Part shown: positions 11,865-23,522 of the stretch, piece by piece
How positions within the stretch are numbered: position 1 is the stretch's first letter
Layout of the letters: each line of letters starts with the position of its first letter
Assembly: GCF_004010195.1 (NCBI RefSeq)
Contig: NC_057719.1
Span: forward strand, 21,488,892 to 21,527,820
DNA: 38,929 nucleotides
Reading direction: 5' to 3'
Origin: Chiloscyllium plagiosum
Taxonomy: Eukaryota
Notes under the pieces: model-generated
The model's input: only the letters and a program-made list of their open reading frames with translations
The model's database searches: none
What the model was told of the DNA's origin: nothing
Made by a program: the position numbers and the translations under genes

Positions 11865-12620
11865 CGTGAGTACTAAGTCTCAGCCAACACTTCAGTGCAT
11901 CACTGAGAGTGCTGCACTGTCTGAAAAGTACTATCCTTTTGATAAAATAATAAGTCAAGGTGCTTTCTGCCCTCTCAAGTGGACATAAAATATCCAATGG
12001 CACTATTGTGTGACCTTCACTCTCCTGGCCAATCTTAATTTGCAACCAAAATCACTTAAACCATATATCTGGTCATTATCTCATTGCTACATTCAACCCC
12101 ACCGCCCTGTGGCCCAACATTTCAACTCCCTCTCCCACTCTGCCGAGGACATGTAGGTCCTGGGCCTCCTCCACCGCTACTCCCTCACCACCCGACGCTT
12201 GGTGGAAGGACGCCTCATCTTCCGCATCGGAACACTTCAACCCCAGGGCACCAATGTGGACTTCACCAGTTTCCTCATTTCCCCTTCCCCAGCTCCAACC
12301 TTCCACTCTCCACTCTGCAGGCATCCTGCCTCTATTCCTGATGAAGGGCTTTTGCCCAAAACGTCGATTTTCCTGCTCCTCGGATGCTGCCTGACCTGCT
12401 GTGCTTTTCCAGCACCACTCTAATCTAGACTCTGGTTTCCAGCATCTGCAGTCCTTGTTTTTACCTATTATCTCATTGCTGTTTGAAGGATGTTGTTGTG
12501 CCTAAATTGTCTGCCACATTTCCTATATTGCAACCATGACGACAGACTTCATTGATTGTAAAGCACTTCAAGAAATATTGACATTGCAAAAGTTGCTATT
12601 TAAATGCAAATTCTTTCTGT
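11865..12620 (+). mobile_element. Deu-domain SINE (SacSINE1/AmnSINE-like), split by a PLE insertion
   Basis: CAGTGCATCACTGAGAGTGCTGCACTGTC...CCCTCTCAAGTGGACATAAAATATCCAATGGCACTATT...TCTGGTCATTATCTCATTGCTGTTTG...GCTATTTAAATGCAAATTCTTTCT resembles the Deu domain and its tail. Family recognised from memory. Confidence 0.75.
12089..12466 (+). mobile_element. 5'-truncated Penelope-like element (GIY-YIG end + pLTR + tail) with 14-bp TSD
   Basis: VAQHFNS and RLIFRIGTLQPQGTNVDF. Hammerhead-like CTGATGAAGGGCTTTTGCCCAAAACGTC with a G>A change in GAAA. TSD ATTATCTCATTGCT at 12075-12088 and 12467-12480. Confidence 0.93.
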
Positions 12621-13983
12621 TGGCAGTTTCTCTGACCTTGTCTGTTGCAAATCAGTTGCTGTTCTCCCAATTTTAGAACAGTTCATTAAACATCAGTCCT
12701 TCATTGCTATCAAGGCATTAAGAATAATCTGAGATGGTGAAGGGTGTACTAGAAATATATTCTTTTTAAAGGAGCAATACAAGTAACAACCTTTTGTCTA
12801 CAATAACCTTTACACCATAATTCTCATCCCTTTTATATATTCAATCAAAATGAGTATCCTTGTAGTCACCTAAATAACATTGCTAACTATTTTGAGGTTT
12901 CAGTCTTTTTAAAAATCATTCCATTTATATTTTTATTGTATACAAAGGGTTAAGCAGATCCAGTATCCTTAAGTGAAGCAAAATCAGATCTTGTTAACCC
13001 AAAGGTCTTTGATAAAGTGCCTAGGTTTATTACGTTCACCGAGGCAACTGATTGTTCTGGTCTTTTCCTATTATGGCCTTCAGGAAGGATCTAAAATCGA
13101 TTAATTTTTACAAGGCAATATCTCAAATATGAAGTATGTGTTATAAAGGTAGCTTGGCTTTGGACAAGGGATAGAGGACAGAAAAGCTAGAGGACATTAG
13201 GAGTTTATTCTGAAGGAAAGTCAGATTTGAAAAGGAAACTTTATTTTGCTGTTGGGATTCTGAAGAACTGCTGACATTCATCCTGCTATAGAGCTTGCTC
13301 CTTATCAAATATGTAACTGCATTCCCTGTCCTATCCACAAAAACTGGAAACTGTTCCAAACTATTGCTTTAGAGAAAAAGGAAAGTCATATAAAAGCTGT
13401 GAAATTACATTGTGATATACTACATTGTGAAAGGTTCGCACTTAAGTTTAATGTTTGCTGTTTGAAAACAGAAGTGTTAACAAATGTGATGTGATGAGTT
13501 AATGGCGTTAACAGAATAATGGGCAAAGAAATTTGATAGGAAGATGAGTCAAAGGTTGACATATCAATAATGCACAGCATCAATCACATTTGTTGCTACC
13601 CAGAAAACATGAATTTATAGAATGATTTTTAAATCCAAACAGAAAGCATTGAAAGAGGCATAACTACAACACTTCAAGTCCTTCTATGTTAAACATTTGT
13701 TGAGCAGGTCCATTTCAAAGTGTCATCAGCTTTAGTTAGAAGACAGTCACACAATAAAATAACAATATCTATCTAAAAACAAAACTATTTTAACATTTAG
13801 CTAATGACTTGGATGAAAAGAATGGCACATAAAATCTCTGGGAACAACTCTCACCCATTACACACCTTCTCCTCCCTCTACGTCTGTGCTTTTTAAACTC
13901 CAGAATAACTGTTCTCCTCACTGGCAAGCAGGAATCGTATTTTCATTGTGAAATTAAAAAATGACAGAAGTGAAGAACTTAGG

Positions 13984-15369
13984 AAAATATTTTGAATGAC
14001 CTTCAAGTTGGGGAAAGCTAATTGGCTCGGCATTTACTGATAATTGCAGTAATTTTCCTAATATGGATGAGGTGGTGACAGTTCACTTTGATGTGCCACA
14101 ATCTTCCAGTGTTTTAGGAACTATGAGGAAGTGTGATTAAAAGATGGCCACTCAGCTACATAATACCAGTCAAGTGCTACCAATACCCACAAGAAAAGTA
14201 CAAGCCTCCAGGGCATAAAAGAACAATTTTAATACAATTCCTCGCAGAGCGGTTAGATTCTGTTTGAGGCAGACTTTCCTCCAGGGAGCACGAGGATGGT
14301 GTCATTAGCTGACAATGAGAAATGGAATGGAGGACAGAACTCATTTGAAAGAGAGTGTGAAGCAGCAACAGATAATGAAAAGCAGGAGAGTGCGAAAATG
14401 GATTCGTTCGACAAAAACGATGCTATCTCGTTACCAGGCAAGTGAGAAAGCAGGGCAATTGTATCAGAGTCACCATAAAAAGCACAAATGTGAAGGGTTA
14501 GTGAAAAGGTGCAGGACTGAGACAACTGTCTGTATTAATCCCCAAGCACTAAAAGGCTTCTTTATTATCAAACTGCTGCTGAAGGTCAGGAGAAGGTGTA
14601 AAAGGTTTATTGTTGTTGGAAGTGGTCATTGTTTAATACCTGCATGACACTAATGCTATCTGTCACAAGACGAGATGCATTCAGGATCCAAGGTTGGCTG
14701 GATTTAATTGCTTCATCTTTGAAGGTGTTGTACACTAAGGACAGGATTTTCAGATGGTGAAGTCTTTTTTCCTGTGCCACGAGAAGGATTGTCAGGAAAT
14801 GAATTTCCAGCACTCACGGCAGGCACTTAGCCATTTAATGTCCTGGAGAAATGATTTTCATTCCTCACTCAGGCACAAGACCGGCCTCAGAGAAAGGCTG
14901 ATTGTTGGTCGGTCGGTCTTCATTTCTAGCTCTGCAAAGGGGGAGCAGCGGCCACATTTGGGACTACAAACAGTTCCCAATGGCAAAGAGAAGGTATGTC
15001 TGCAGCTTTGTGCCATGCCAGGAGAGATCCTGGACTGGTGAGGAGAGGTGGGATGAAGTTGGTGATGGCAAAGGCTAGCTGCAGAGTCAGCAGAGAGAAT
15101 ACAGCAGGAGAGGAAGGGTGGGGTGGGGGATAGGGTGGGAGGGGTGAAGTTGAGTGGAGGAAGTGGGTGATAACTTGACAAGGTCACCTAATCTGAAAAA
15201 GGGAGCCAGGAATGGAGTCCCTTTCCCATCCAAGGTCTAATCAGAATGATATGCTGGGCTGATCTCTGAAACAAAAAGATAGAAAAAAATGGAGTGCAGA
15301 AAAATATTTTGAATGGCCTTAAAATTGGGGAAAGCTAATTGGCTTGGCATTAACTGATAATTGCAGTAA
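13984..15369. repeat. 69-bp direct repeat (13984-14052 and 15301-15369), 5 mismatches
   Basis: AAAATATTTTGAATG(A/G)CCTT(C/A)AA(G/A)TTGGGGAAAGCTAATTGGCT(C/T)GGCATT(T/A)ACTGATAATTGCAGTAA occurs twice. Confidence 0.92.
14296..14437 (+). CDS. Candidate first coding exon (exon about 14248-14437/14441), MVSLADNEKWNGGQNSFERECEAATDNEKQESAKMDSFDKNDAISLP; product unknown
   Basis: Acceptor AATTCCTCGCAG ends at 14247. In-frame TAG at 14254. Strong Kozak AGGATGG. 47 open hydrophilic codons. Donor CAG|GCAAGT (GC type) or AA|GTGAGA just before the stop. Lies in repeat-poor sequence. Confidence 0.45.
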
Positions 15370-15599
15370 ATGACCTGCATGCAAACAATACTGAAGACAG
15401 ACTTGTGATGGACAGTAGTAGAAAACCCTTTGACTAGTAAGCATACCTGAAAAGATTCTCACAACCTCACACACTGTAAGGCTAACTTCATAATTAAGGA
15501 ATGGGTTGTTTTATTCAATAATGAAACTTGAAGCTAAAATAGAGTGCATCACAGGGATGACCTTCAGGGATAATGCAATTCATTTTTAGAATGACAACT

Positions 15600-16360
15600 C
15601 ATAATTGGATCTAAGGATATTCGTTCCTGAAAAATCTGGTTCAAATTAGCTTGGAAAGATAAGATGAGCAACAATGGAAGTTGGGTGTTTCAAACTCTGA
15701 CTGTAAGCTAATAACATGAATGATATTCATCACTAACAGTTTGTTGCAGTCAGTCAAAATGACATTCTGCCCATCACACATTTAAGTAATGTTGTATATG
15801 AACTTCAATGCCAGTGTGAGGCCAAATATTTAGGGTGCATGCTCCAGTGTCTAATGGAATATATCAAACAAAGCAGCCATTTAGCTGTTTGTATTAAGGA
15901 GAGGACCAGCCAAACTCAAGCAGCCAGTTTCCAACATCACATGTGATTCTATAATTGGACAACACTTACTGAACAGTCAAGAGTTTGCTGACAATTACAC
16001 CAAACACCAATTTAAAATCAGTCAGACTCACAATATGGCTTATTTGTGCTTACCAGGAGCTGCATATATTTATTCACAAGACCCTACACTATACAAACAG
16101 AAAGAACGTACTCAGGACTTGTGCCTTTTTCAAATAAAGAAATCTTTTGGGGGCAATTGTTCTCTTGTGCATTCCCCACGGCAGTATCTTGACCAATCAG
16201 CATCAACTTGCCGTTTATTTCAATTGAAAGAAAAGATTGAGGAATAATTATTTCCTGGTACATCCTCCAATGCAATACCTCAACCTCAACAAATCAGAGC
16301 CCACTTGCTAAAAAATTCAAATGCTTATTCTTACTGATCAGTGCAAGATGAAAAGTTCAG
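15600..16360 (+). mobile_element. Old Penelope-like element (different lineage), GIY-YIG endonuclease remnant
   Basis: NDILPITHLSNVVYELQCQCEAKYLG (VVY...YLG motif), CDSIIGQHLLN and AAYIYSQDPTLYKQKE. Decayed hammerhead-like CTGATCAGTGCAAGATGAAA near 16335. Confidence 0.75.
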
Positions 16361-17582
16361 TTTTCCTACACCAACAAGTGGCTATTTATATTAATTTGAT
16401 TATTTTTTATTGAAATGTGAAGCAGTTTTACTGTATTGACTATTTAAGGCGCATTTTGCCTTTTTATTTGAAGTATGATTTCCCTGTCAATTCATGTTTA
16501 ACTTGAGTACATTCTGATTTGTTTTAATGCAAAAAATACAGAAGGTAAAATCTTCTTAATAATTTCTTCATTTGGAAGTATTTCAGTCAATGTGTTTATT
16601 TTGGTTCATGGTATCCCCATTAGGATTGTTGCAAGATGTAAGCATTTTCAAATATCATATTCCAATTTTAGGGCATCTTTACATCTTAAAAAGAACCTAT
16701 TATCTGAAACATGTCAGTGCATTGAAACCTCACAGGTAGGTCCCTTTCAAAATGGAGCCAGTTTCCTTGTGACATATCAATAGGACAATGAGGCTACTGA
16801 CTCCATTTTGATGTTCCAAAGGAACATATGAAATAGAAGCATGTATGTCGTTCAACCACATGAGACTCCACAATTCGATAAGATTATGGCCCCTCTGTTA
16901 ATGTTTTGAAATCCACATTCTCATCTATAACCAATAATCTTTGTTTTTCTTGCTTCACAAGAATCCATCTACCCTGTTTTACAAATAGTCAATGACACCA
17001 CCTACATCACCATCTGAGGCATAGAGTTCCCAAATCACAAAACCCTATCAAAGAATAAAATTTCCTCATCTTTGTCTTAAGGTGCAAAGCCTAAATTTTA
17101 AAAGGTGCACTTAGGACTTGCTGAAGAGGAAATAGCTTTCTATATTGACCTTGTCAAGACCATTCAAGATCTTATATGTTTCAATCAAGTCATTCCACAG
17201 CCCTCAGACCTCCATTGGAAACAAGCTCAATTTGTCCATCCTTTCTTCATTAGACAAGCACTTATTCCAGGTGACAAATTGGTAAAGCTCCACCGAATTA
17301 CCACCAATGCATTTACTCCCTTCCTTAATTAAGTAGACCAAAGCACGCAATGTATTTGAGATATGGTCTCAGCACCTCCTGTTACAGCTGAAGCGTAAGT
17401 TCATACTTTTGTTAAATTCCTCTCATCTCATGTAGAACTGTACCTGATTGCAATGAATTTACTATACAAAATTTTTTTGGCTTTAGCATTCATTTTTTAA
17501 AAAGAAAACACATTTTTGAGATTCAAATTTAAATTGTCCATGGTGCTTTAAGGTCTGATACAGTGTTCTGACAACATGCACT

Positions 17583-17685
17583 GTATTCCTGATGAAGGAC
17601 TTTTGCTCGAAACGTCGATTTTACTGCTCCTCGGATGCTGCCTGAACTGCTGTGCTTTTCCAGCACCACTCTAATCTAAATTCTG
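17583..17685 (+). mobile_element. PLE pLTR fragment with hammerhead motif, tail-less
   Basis: ATTCCTGATGAAGGACTTTTGCTCGAAACGTCGATTTTACTGCTCCTCGGATGCTGCCTGAACTG. No TSD found. Confidence 0.88.
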
Positions 17686-17929
17686 CCTATTCACTCAACA
17701 TATCTATATCTGATTGCACAATACTTATTTCCACTTCATAACATAATTTCCTACTTCTGGTTAAATTATCTACAAATTTAACTGCCATGCCTTTGCTCCA
17801 GTCATCTAAGGAATTGATAAACATTGTCAAAAGCTGAGGGCCCAGCACAAAGCCCTGCAGGATTCTACTTGTGCCATATTGCCAACCAGAAAATTACTCA
17901 TTTATACATACTCTCTGCTTTCTGCCTGA

Positions 17930-18043
17930 GAGCCAAGGGTTAAGGGGAGAATGGGGTTGAGAAATATATCAGCCATGATTGAATGGAAGAGCAGGCTCAG
18001 TGGGTCAAATAGCCTAATTCTGCTCCAATACCTTAAGGTCTTC
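17930..18043 (+). mobile_element. Short CR1 3' UTR fragment
   Basis: ATCAGCCATGATTGAATGGAAGAGCAGGCTCAGTGGGTCAAATAGCCTAATTCTGCTCC matches the CR1 3' ends at 19400-19490 and 33085-33180 (reverse). Confidence 0.75.
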
Positions 18044-19077
18044 TTTCCATGCTAATATTTAAAGTTTGAATAATGACCTTTGATCTGGCATCTTTTCAAA
18101 TGTCTTCTAGAATTCCAAGTACAGGATGTCTGGAGACTTTGCTTTATCCACAGCACACATAACTCTTTGATGGAACACTAATAAATTGGTTATTTTCCTT
18201 TCACAAAACTAAGCTAATCCTTAGCAATTACGTTGAGATTTTCTAAACACCAAGCTATAATTTCCTTAATACTCAATACTAACACCTACCTCATAATAGA
18301 CACTACCTGACCAATAGCTTCTAGTTTTCTGCCTTTGTCTCTTCTTAAATAGAAGTATTTTTCCTACTTTCCAGACTGATTAACCATTTCCAGGTTTTAG
18401 CACTTTGAAACCCTCGGTTGATGTCCATCACGATCCTGGGACTGGTCATCCTGAGCTCCATCAGTTTGCTCAGTACAGCTTTCATACTTATGTTGATCCT
18501 TTATCCCCTCAGCCTGTAATTTTCAGCTATTACCGGAATTTTGTTTTGAATCCTCTACAGTGAAGACAGAAACAAGATATTTCTGCACTGTTTTCTGTTC
18601 TAAATCCTTACATTTTTTTTGAGCTTGTCTAATTGGCATGTCATTTTTGGATAACATTGAATAAATTGCATAATTGTAACATTCACAATGAAACATTTGG
18701 TGCAGGATCTCCTGCAGCACAGGTTTGCGCAGGTAGGCTTCAGTGCCCTGTGGGTGGGCACTGGCCATCTGGTGCCACACAAGCAAACAAATCTTCAGTT
18801 TTGGTGGGAATGCTTTTTGTTTGTCGCGCCCTCTTTGGATACAATTAACAAAAAAGCCTATATGTTTGCAGAGCGGTTCATTGTGGCATAAGTGGCATCA
18901 ATCACTTGTTTAATACAATAACAAAATGTAGACTGCTTTGTCAGGCACTACCCAGGAAGATTCCTGTTGCATAGCAACTGAATGCTGTTGTGATCTTGGT
19001 CTCCTCAGGAAGATGTACCTTCGGCCTGTGCTGTGAATCCAATCACTGTGGATTTGTGGACACTGAGGACAGTCAAG

Positions 19078-19493
19078 GGTCAGTTAAGTTTATACTCATT
19101 GGAATTTAGGGGAATGAAGAAGGATCTCATGGAAACCAATACAATTCTAACAGGATTAGACAATATAAACACAGGAAGGATGTTCCTGATTACCAGGACA
19201 TCCAGAACCAGGGCTGACAGTCTAAGGACATGGGGTAGGTCATTTAGGACTGAAATGAGGAGAAATTTCTTCACCCAGAGAGTGGTGAGCCTGTGGACTT
19301 CTCTGTCACAGAAAGTGAGGCCAATACATTGAATGTTTTCAAGAAGGAGATGGAGTCCTTTGGGCTAAAGGGTATGGGACAAAAGGAAGAACAGGGTATT
19401 GAGTGGGATGATCAGCCATGATCATGTTGATTGGCAGAGCAAGCAGAATGGGCCAAATGGTCTACTCCTGTTCCTATTTTCTATATTTCTATG
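19078..19493 (+). mobile_element. CR1 LINE 3' fragment
   Basis: LSLYSLEFRGMKKDLMETNTILTGLD...FRTEMRRNFFTQRVVSLW, followed by a 3' UTR ending TTCTATATTTCTATG. Confidence 0.9.
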
Positions 19494-21779
19494 TGACCAC
19501 AGCCCAGGCATCAGACAGACAATGTCCAATGTGCTCAGGCAGTTGTGTTGTGGAATGCACTTACAAATGCTTGGCTGACGACTGAAAAAAATGAACTCAG
19601 TTATTGCTGAATATTAAAATGTATCTTCTTATGAACTGATTTCCTTCAGCCAATTTATGTGATGTAATGGTATTAGCCAAAGAGATTCCCTGCCAACCAA
19701 ATCCGTCATCTACCACTTGCATCTTGTTCCAATGCTAGAGAGAATCCAAGAACATATGTCTTAGAAAACTCCAAGCAAAAGGCAGAAGTTAGGGATAAAT
19801 ATAAGTATGCCAGATGTTTCAAACATATGCAGAGAAATGCCTCACTGCAAAGAAATATACATAGATCAACTTCAAGTTTGATCAATCAGCAGTCTCAGTT
19901 GAAGAGACACTTGAAAGTAGGTCAGGTTCATTATTCTGTTCGGGATGAGGCAATATGCATGTTCACCTGAACCTGTGAAAATCAGCACAGAATTCAATTT
20001 AGTTAAATTTTAATCAATTAAATTTTCAACAGAAACAAAAGTGAACATAGTATTAACCCAAGATGATTCACAGAGAGTATTGGCCCAATCTGAACATCAC
20101 CTCAGCTATAAAAATGTCAATTCCTGTAGTGTAGATATCCATGCCCTTCCATCTTCTTTTATAAAGTTTATTTGCAATGAGTGTCTTGTAACACATGTTA
20201 TCACTTCCTCAAAGTGAAGCATTATTGAATTTGTCAAACCTGACTTGCCTTTAACAAGCCCCTGCATCATGTAAACAGTAATTGTAAATCATACTTTGTC
20301 TTTCATGTGCAAAGCACACCTTCATTGAGAGAGCTCAGGTTAAAAATGCAGTAGGGAAAGTGTTTCAACTATCCCAGAAAGTGACAAGATATTCACCCTA
20401 CTAATAAACATTAACAGAGCTGCAGGTGTTTTCAAAATTATGGCATTTTTTTTAAAAATAGGAAAAAAATCTGAATTGCTTCATTTGGTTAATTCTTGCA
20501 TGATGTTGATTGACTATGTTGGCATTAATTCAAGACATTCACTGGAGCAGCTGTGTGTCTGTATAATTAACAAATTTTAAAGGATGTTAATTTTTTTCTC
20601 TCCCATTACATTGGACAGGATCTATCATAAACATATGTTTGTGACATTCACTTTCTAAGCAACTTGGCAGCTATCTTTGTATCAAACGGGTTTTTTGAAA
20701 TGAACGATTGTGTATCCAGAATTTTATCAAAAGTTCACCTAACAACTATAGTTACGCTAACAGTTGTGGGTTTAAGCACCGAGTAAGTGAATAGAATAAA
20801 CTTTCTCCTTCACAAACTTTTCAACAGATTACTATTGCTGCACAAATAAATCAAAGGACAATTAATTTAAACATAGGCTGCTTGGTTCATGGGGCTCTAA
20901 GCACCTGGCCCGGAAATTAGGTGTTAACAGATATTGCAATAAATGATACTAATTGACCTGAATAATTGAGGGAGGGATTTTTCATTTTGCCTTATGGGAT
21001 GAACTTTAAAAATTATGCTTCCTAAGTAGCCAATGAGACAAATAGTGTGTAAAGTTGGATTAACACACAATTGAATCAACATAATTACACATGCACTTTG
21101 AACTTCTACACTCAAGTATAGAGTACAGTAACTTTGACAGCTTGGTCACTGTTCAATAAAACGTTTTCAATGAGTCAACAGACGTGAACTGATACAACAA
21201 GGGAGATTAGTTCATTGCAATCTCTTCTGTGTTGAAGCACCTCAGAGATTCAATCAGTGTGATTGGACTGCGAGAACAATGCCAATTATAATTGACACCA
21301 TCTCTAAAATACTAAACCCAGACTCACCCTGGGGAAGGGTTACGATTTAGAAGACAATCCATATCTGACTGAGAAAAGTATGAGTGGGAATTACATATTC
21401 TGCTCTTGGGCTCCTGTTAGCATTAGTTAAGAACAATAATACTAGAGCACAGCTGATGATCACTCTCTCTCTTCATGGTGTGGATTATGTCAAGGGAAGG
21501 TCTGAAACAGAGGAAACAGGAAATGTTTAAATTAAATAAAAGCAAACAATTGCTGGCAACATTTTCAGGAGTTTTAGAAGTGGGATTCTCACTTTCAAAC
21601 AATTATGAGTAGACTTTTTATGTGTACAATTGAAAATAATAGAAACAGTGCTATTCTTTCAGAGTGGCTTAGGCTAACTCTGTATGGATTGGCAGAAACA
21701 AGACAATCATTATAGAAACTTTGCTTAAAGGTAAGGATGTCTGCCTTAAAAATGAAAACTTGTAACAGCAACTTTCTTA

Positions 21780-22152
21780 AAGAGGATGGGAGTATTAAAA
21801 TGAAAAAGCCAAAGGATGAAAATAAATCTTTAAACTGTGAAGGATTTGAGAAAGTATATGTAGAGAAGACATTTCCACGTGGAAGTCATACAAAACTAAG
21901 CACTATAAATACAAGACAATCACTAATTTGCTAAGATATTTTTGAGAAATTTCTTTCTCCAAAGAGTGTCTACAATGTGGAACTTGCTATCACGTGTAAT
22001 AATTGAGGTGAATGATAGAATGCATTGAGTTACATGCACAAGGGGGCAAAGAATAAATGTTACAGTCGCAAATTAGCTTAATAAGTGTGGTGGAAGTTTA
22101 TATCAAACGTAAACACCACTATATGCCAGTTAAACTCAATGTCCGATTTCTT
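21780..22152 (+). mobile_element. Old CR1 3' fragment
   Basis: GAGAAATTTCTTTCTCCAAAGAGTGTCTACAATGTGGAACTTGCTATCAC (RNFFxQRVxxxWN-like) and a decayed 3' UTR. Confidence 0.6.
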
Positions 22153-23522
22153 TAGACAATAGACAATAGGTGCAGGAGTAGGCCATTCTGCCCTTCGAGC
22201 CTGCATTGCCTTTCAACATGATCATGGCTGATCATTCCTAATCAGTTTCCTCTTCCTGCCTTATCTCCATAACCCTTGATTCCACTATCTTTGAGAGCTC
22301 TATCCAACTCTTTCTTAAATGAATCCAGAGACTGGGCCTCCACTGCCCTCTGGGGCAGAGCATTCCACACAGCCACCACTCTCTGGGTGAACAAGTTTCT
22401 CCTCATCTCTGTCCTAAATGCTCTACCCCGTATTTTTAAGCTGTGTCCTCAGGTTCGGTACTCACCCATCAGCGGAAACATGTTTCCTGCCTCCAGAATG
22501 TCCAATCCNNNNNNNNNNNNNNNNNNNNNNNNNNNNNNNNNNNNNNNNNNNNNNNNNNNNNNNNNNNNNNNNNNNNNNNNNNNNNNNNNNNNNNNNNNNN
22601 NNNNNNNNNNNNNNNNNNNNNNNNNNNNNNNNNNNNNNNNNNNNNNNNNNNNNNNNNNNNNNNNNNNNNNNNNNNNNNNNNNNNNNNNNNNNNNNNNNNN
22701 NNNNNNNNNNNNNNNNNNNNNNNNNNNNNNNNNNNNNNNNNNNNNNNNNNNNNNNNNNNNNNNNNNNNNNNNNNNNNNNNNNNNNNNNNNNNNNNNNNNN
22801 NNNNNNNNNNNNNNNNNNNNNNNNNNNNNNNNNNNNNNNNNNNNNNNNNNNNNNNNNNNNNNNNNNNNNNNNNNNNNNNNNNNNNNNNNNNNNNNNNNNN
22901 NNNNNNNNNNNNNNNNNNNNNNNNNNNNNNNNNNNNNNNNNNNNNNNNNNNNNNNNNNNNNNNNNNNNNNNNNNNNNNNNNNNNNNNNNNNNNNNNNNNN
23001 NNNNNNNNNNNNNNNNNNNNNNNNNNNNNNNNNNNNNNNNNNNNNNNNNNNNNNNNNNNNNNNNNNNNNNNNNNNNNNNNNNNNNNNNNNNNNNNNNNNN
23101 AGAGGATTAGTCAAGCATGATTTCCCCTTCATAAATCCATGCTGACTCTGTCCTATCCTGTTACTACTATCCAGATGTGCAGTAGTTTCATCCTTTATAA
23201 TAGACTCCAGTATCTTTCCCACCACTGAGGTCAGACTAACTGGTCTATAATTACCTGCTTTCTCTCGCCTACCTTTCTTAAAACGTGGTATAACATTAGC
23301 CACCCTCCAATCCTCAGGAACCGACCCCAAATCTATCGAACTCTGGAAAATAATCACCAACGCATCCACGATTTCCCGAGCCACCTCCTTCAGTACCCTG
23401 GGATGTAGACCATCAGGCCCCAGAGACTTATCAACCTTCAGACCTAACAGTCTCTCCAATACCAAATCCTGGCAAATATAAATTCCCTTAAGTTCAGGTC
23501 CTTCAGCCACTGTTACCTCAGG
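22153..23522 (-). mobile_element. Young 5'-truncated CR1 LINE (RT + 3' end with repeat tail)
   Basis: KSLGPDGLHPRVLKEVA...WRVANVIP...GNYRPVSLTSVVGKILESII...QHGFMKGKSCLTN. Terminal TAGACAA repeats at 22153-22169. Confidence 0.95.
22509..23100. other. Assembly gap inside CR1 RT
   Basis: Run of N. Confidence 1.

Larger units (their letters stand above)
16825..18600 (-). mobile_element. Old, heavily decayed CR1 LINE (3' end plus RT), with nested inserts
   Basis: Minus-strand CR1 hallmarks, e.g. AAATTTCCTCATCTTTGTCTTAA and AAAGCTGAGGGCCCAGCACAAAGCCCTGCAGG ([12 protein letters not shown] region), collinear with younger CR1 copies in the window. Confidence 0.7.

Noticed and set aside
15187..15265. 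Minus-strand strong polypyrimidine acceptor with one open frame
   Set aside because: Weak donor (GTGACC), unrecognised peptide and adjacent to repeat debris.
21663..21730. + strand exon-like segment (TTTCAG...AAG|GTAAGG)
   Set aside because: Stops in all frames; at best a UTR or cryptic exon, with no further evidence.
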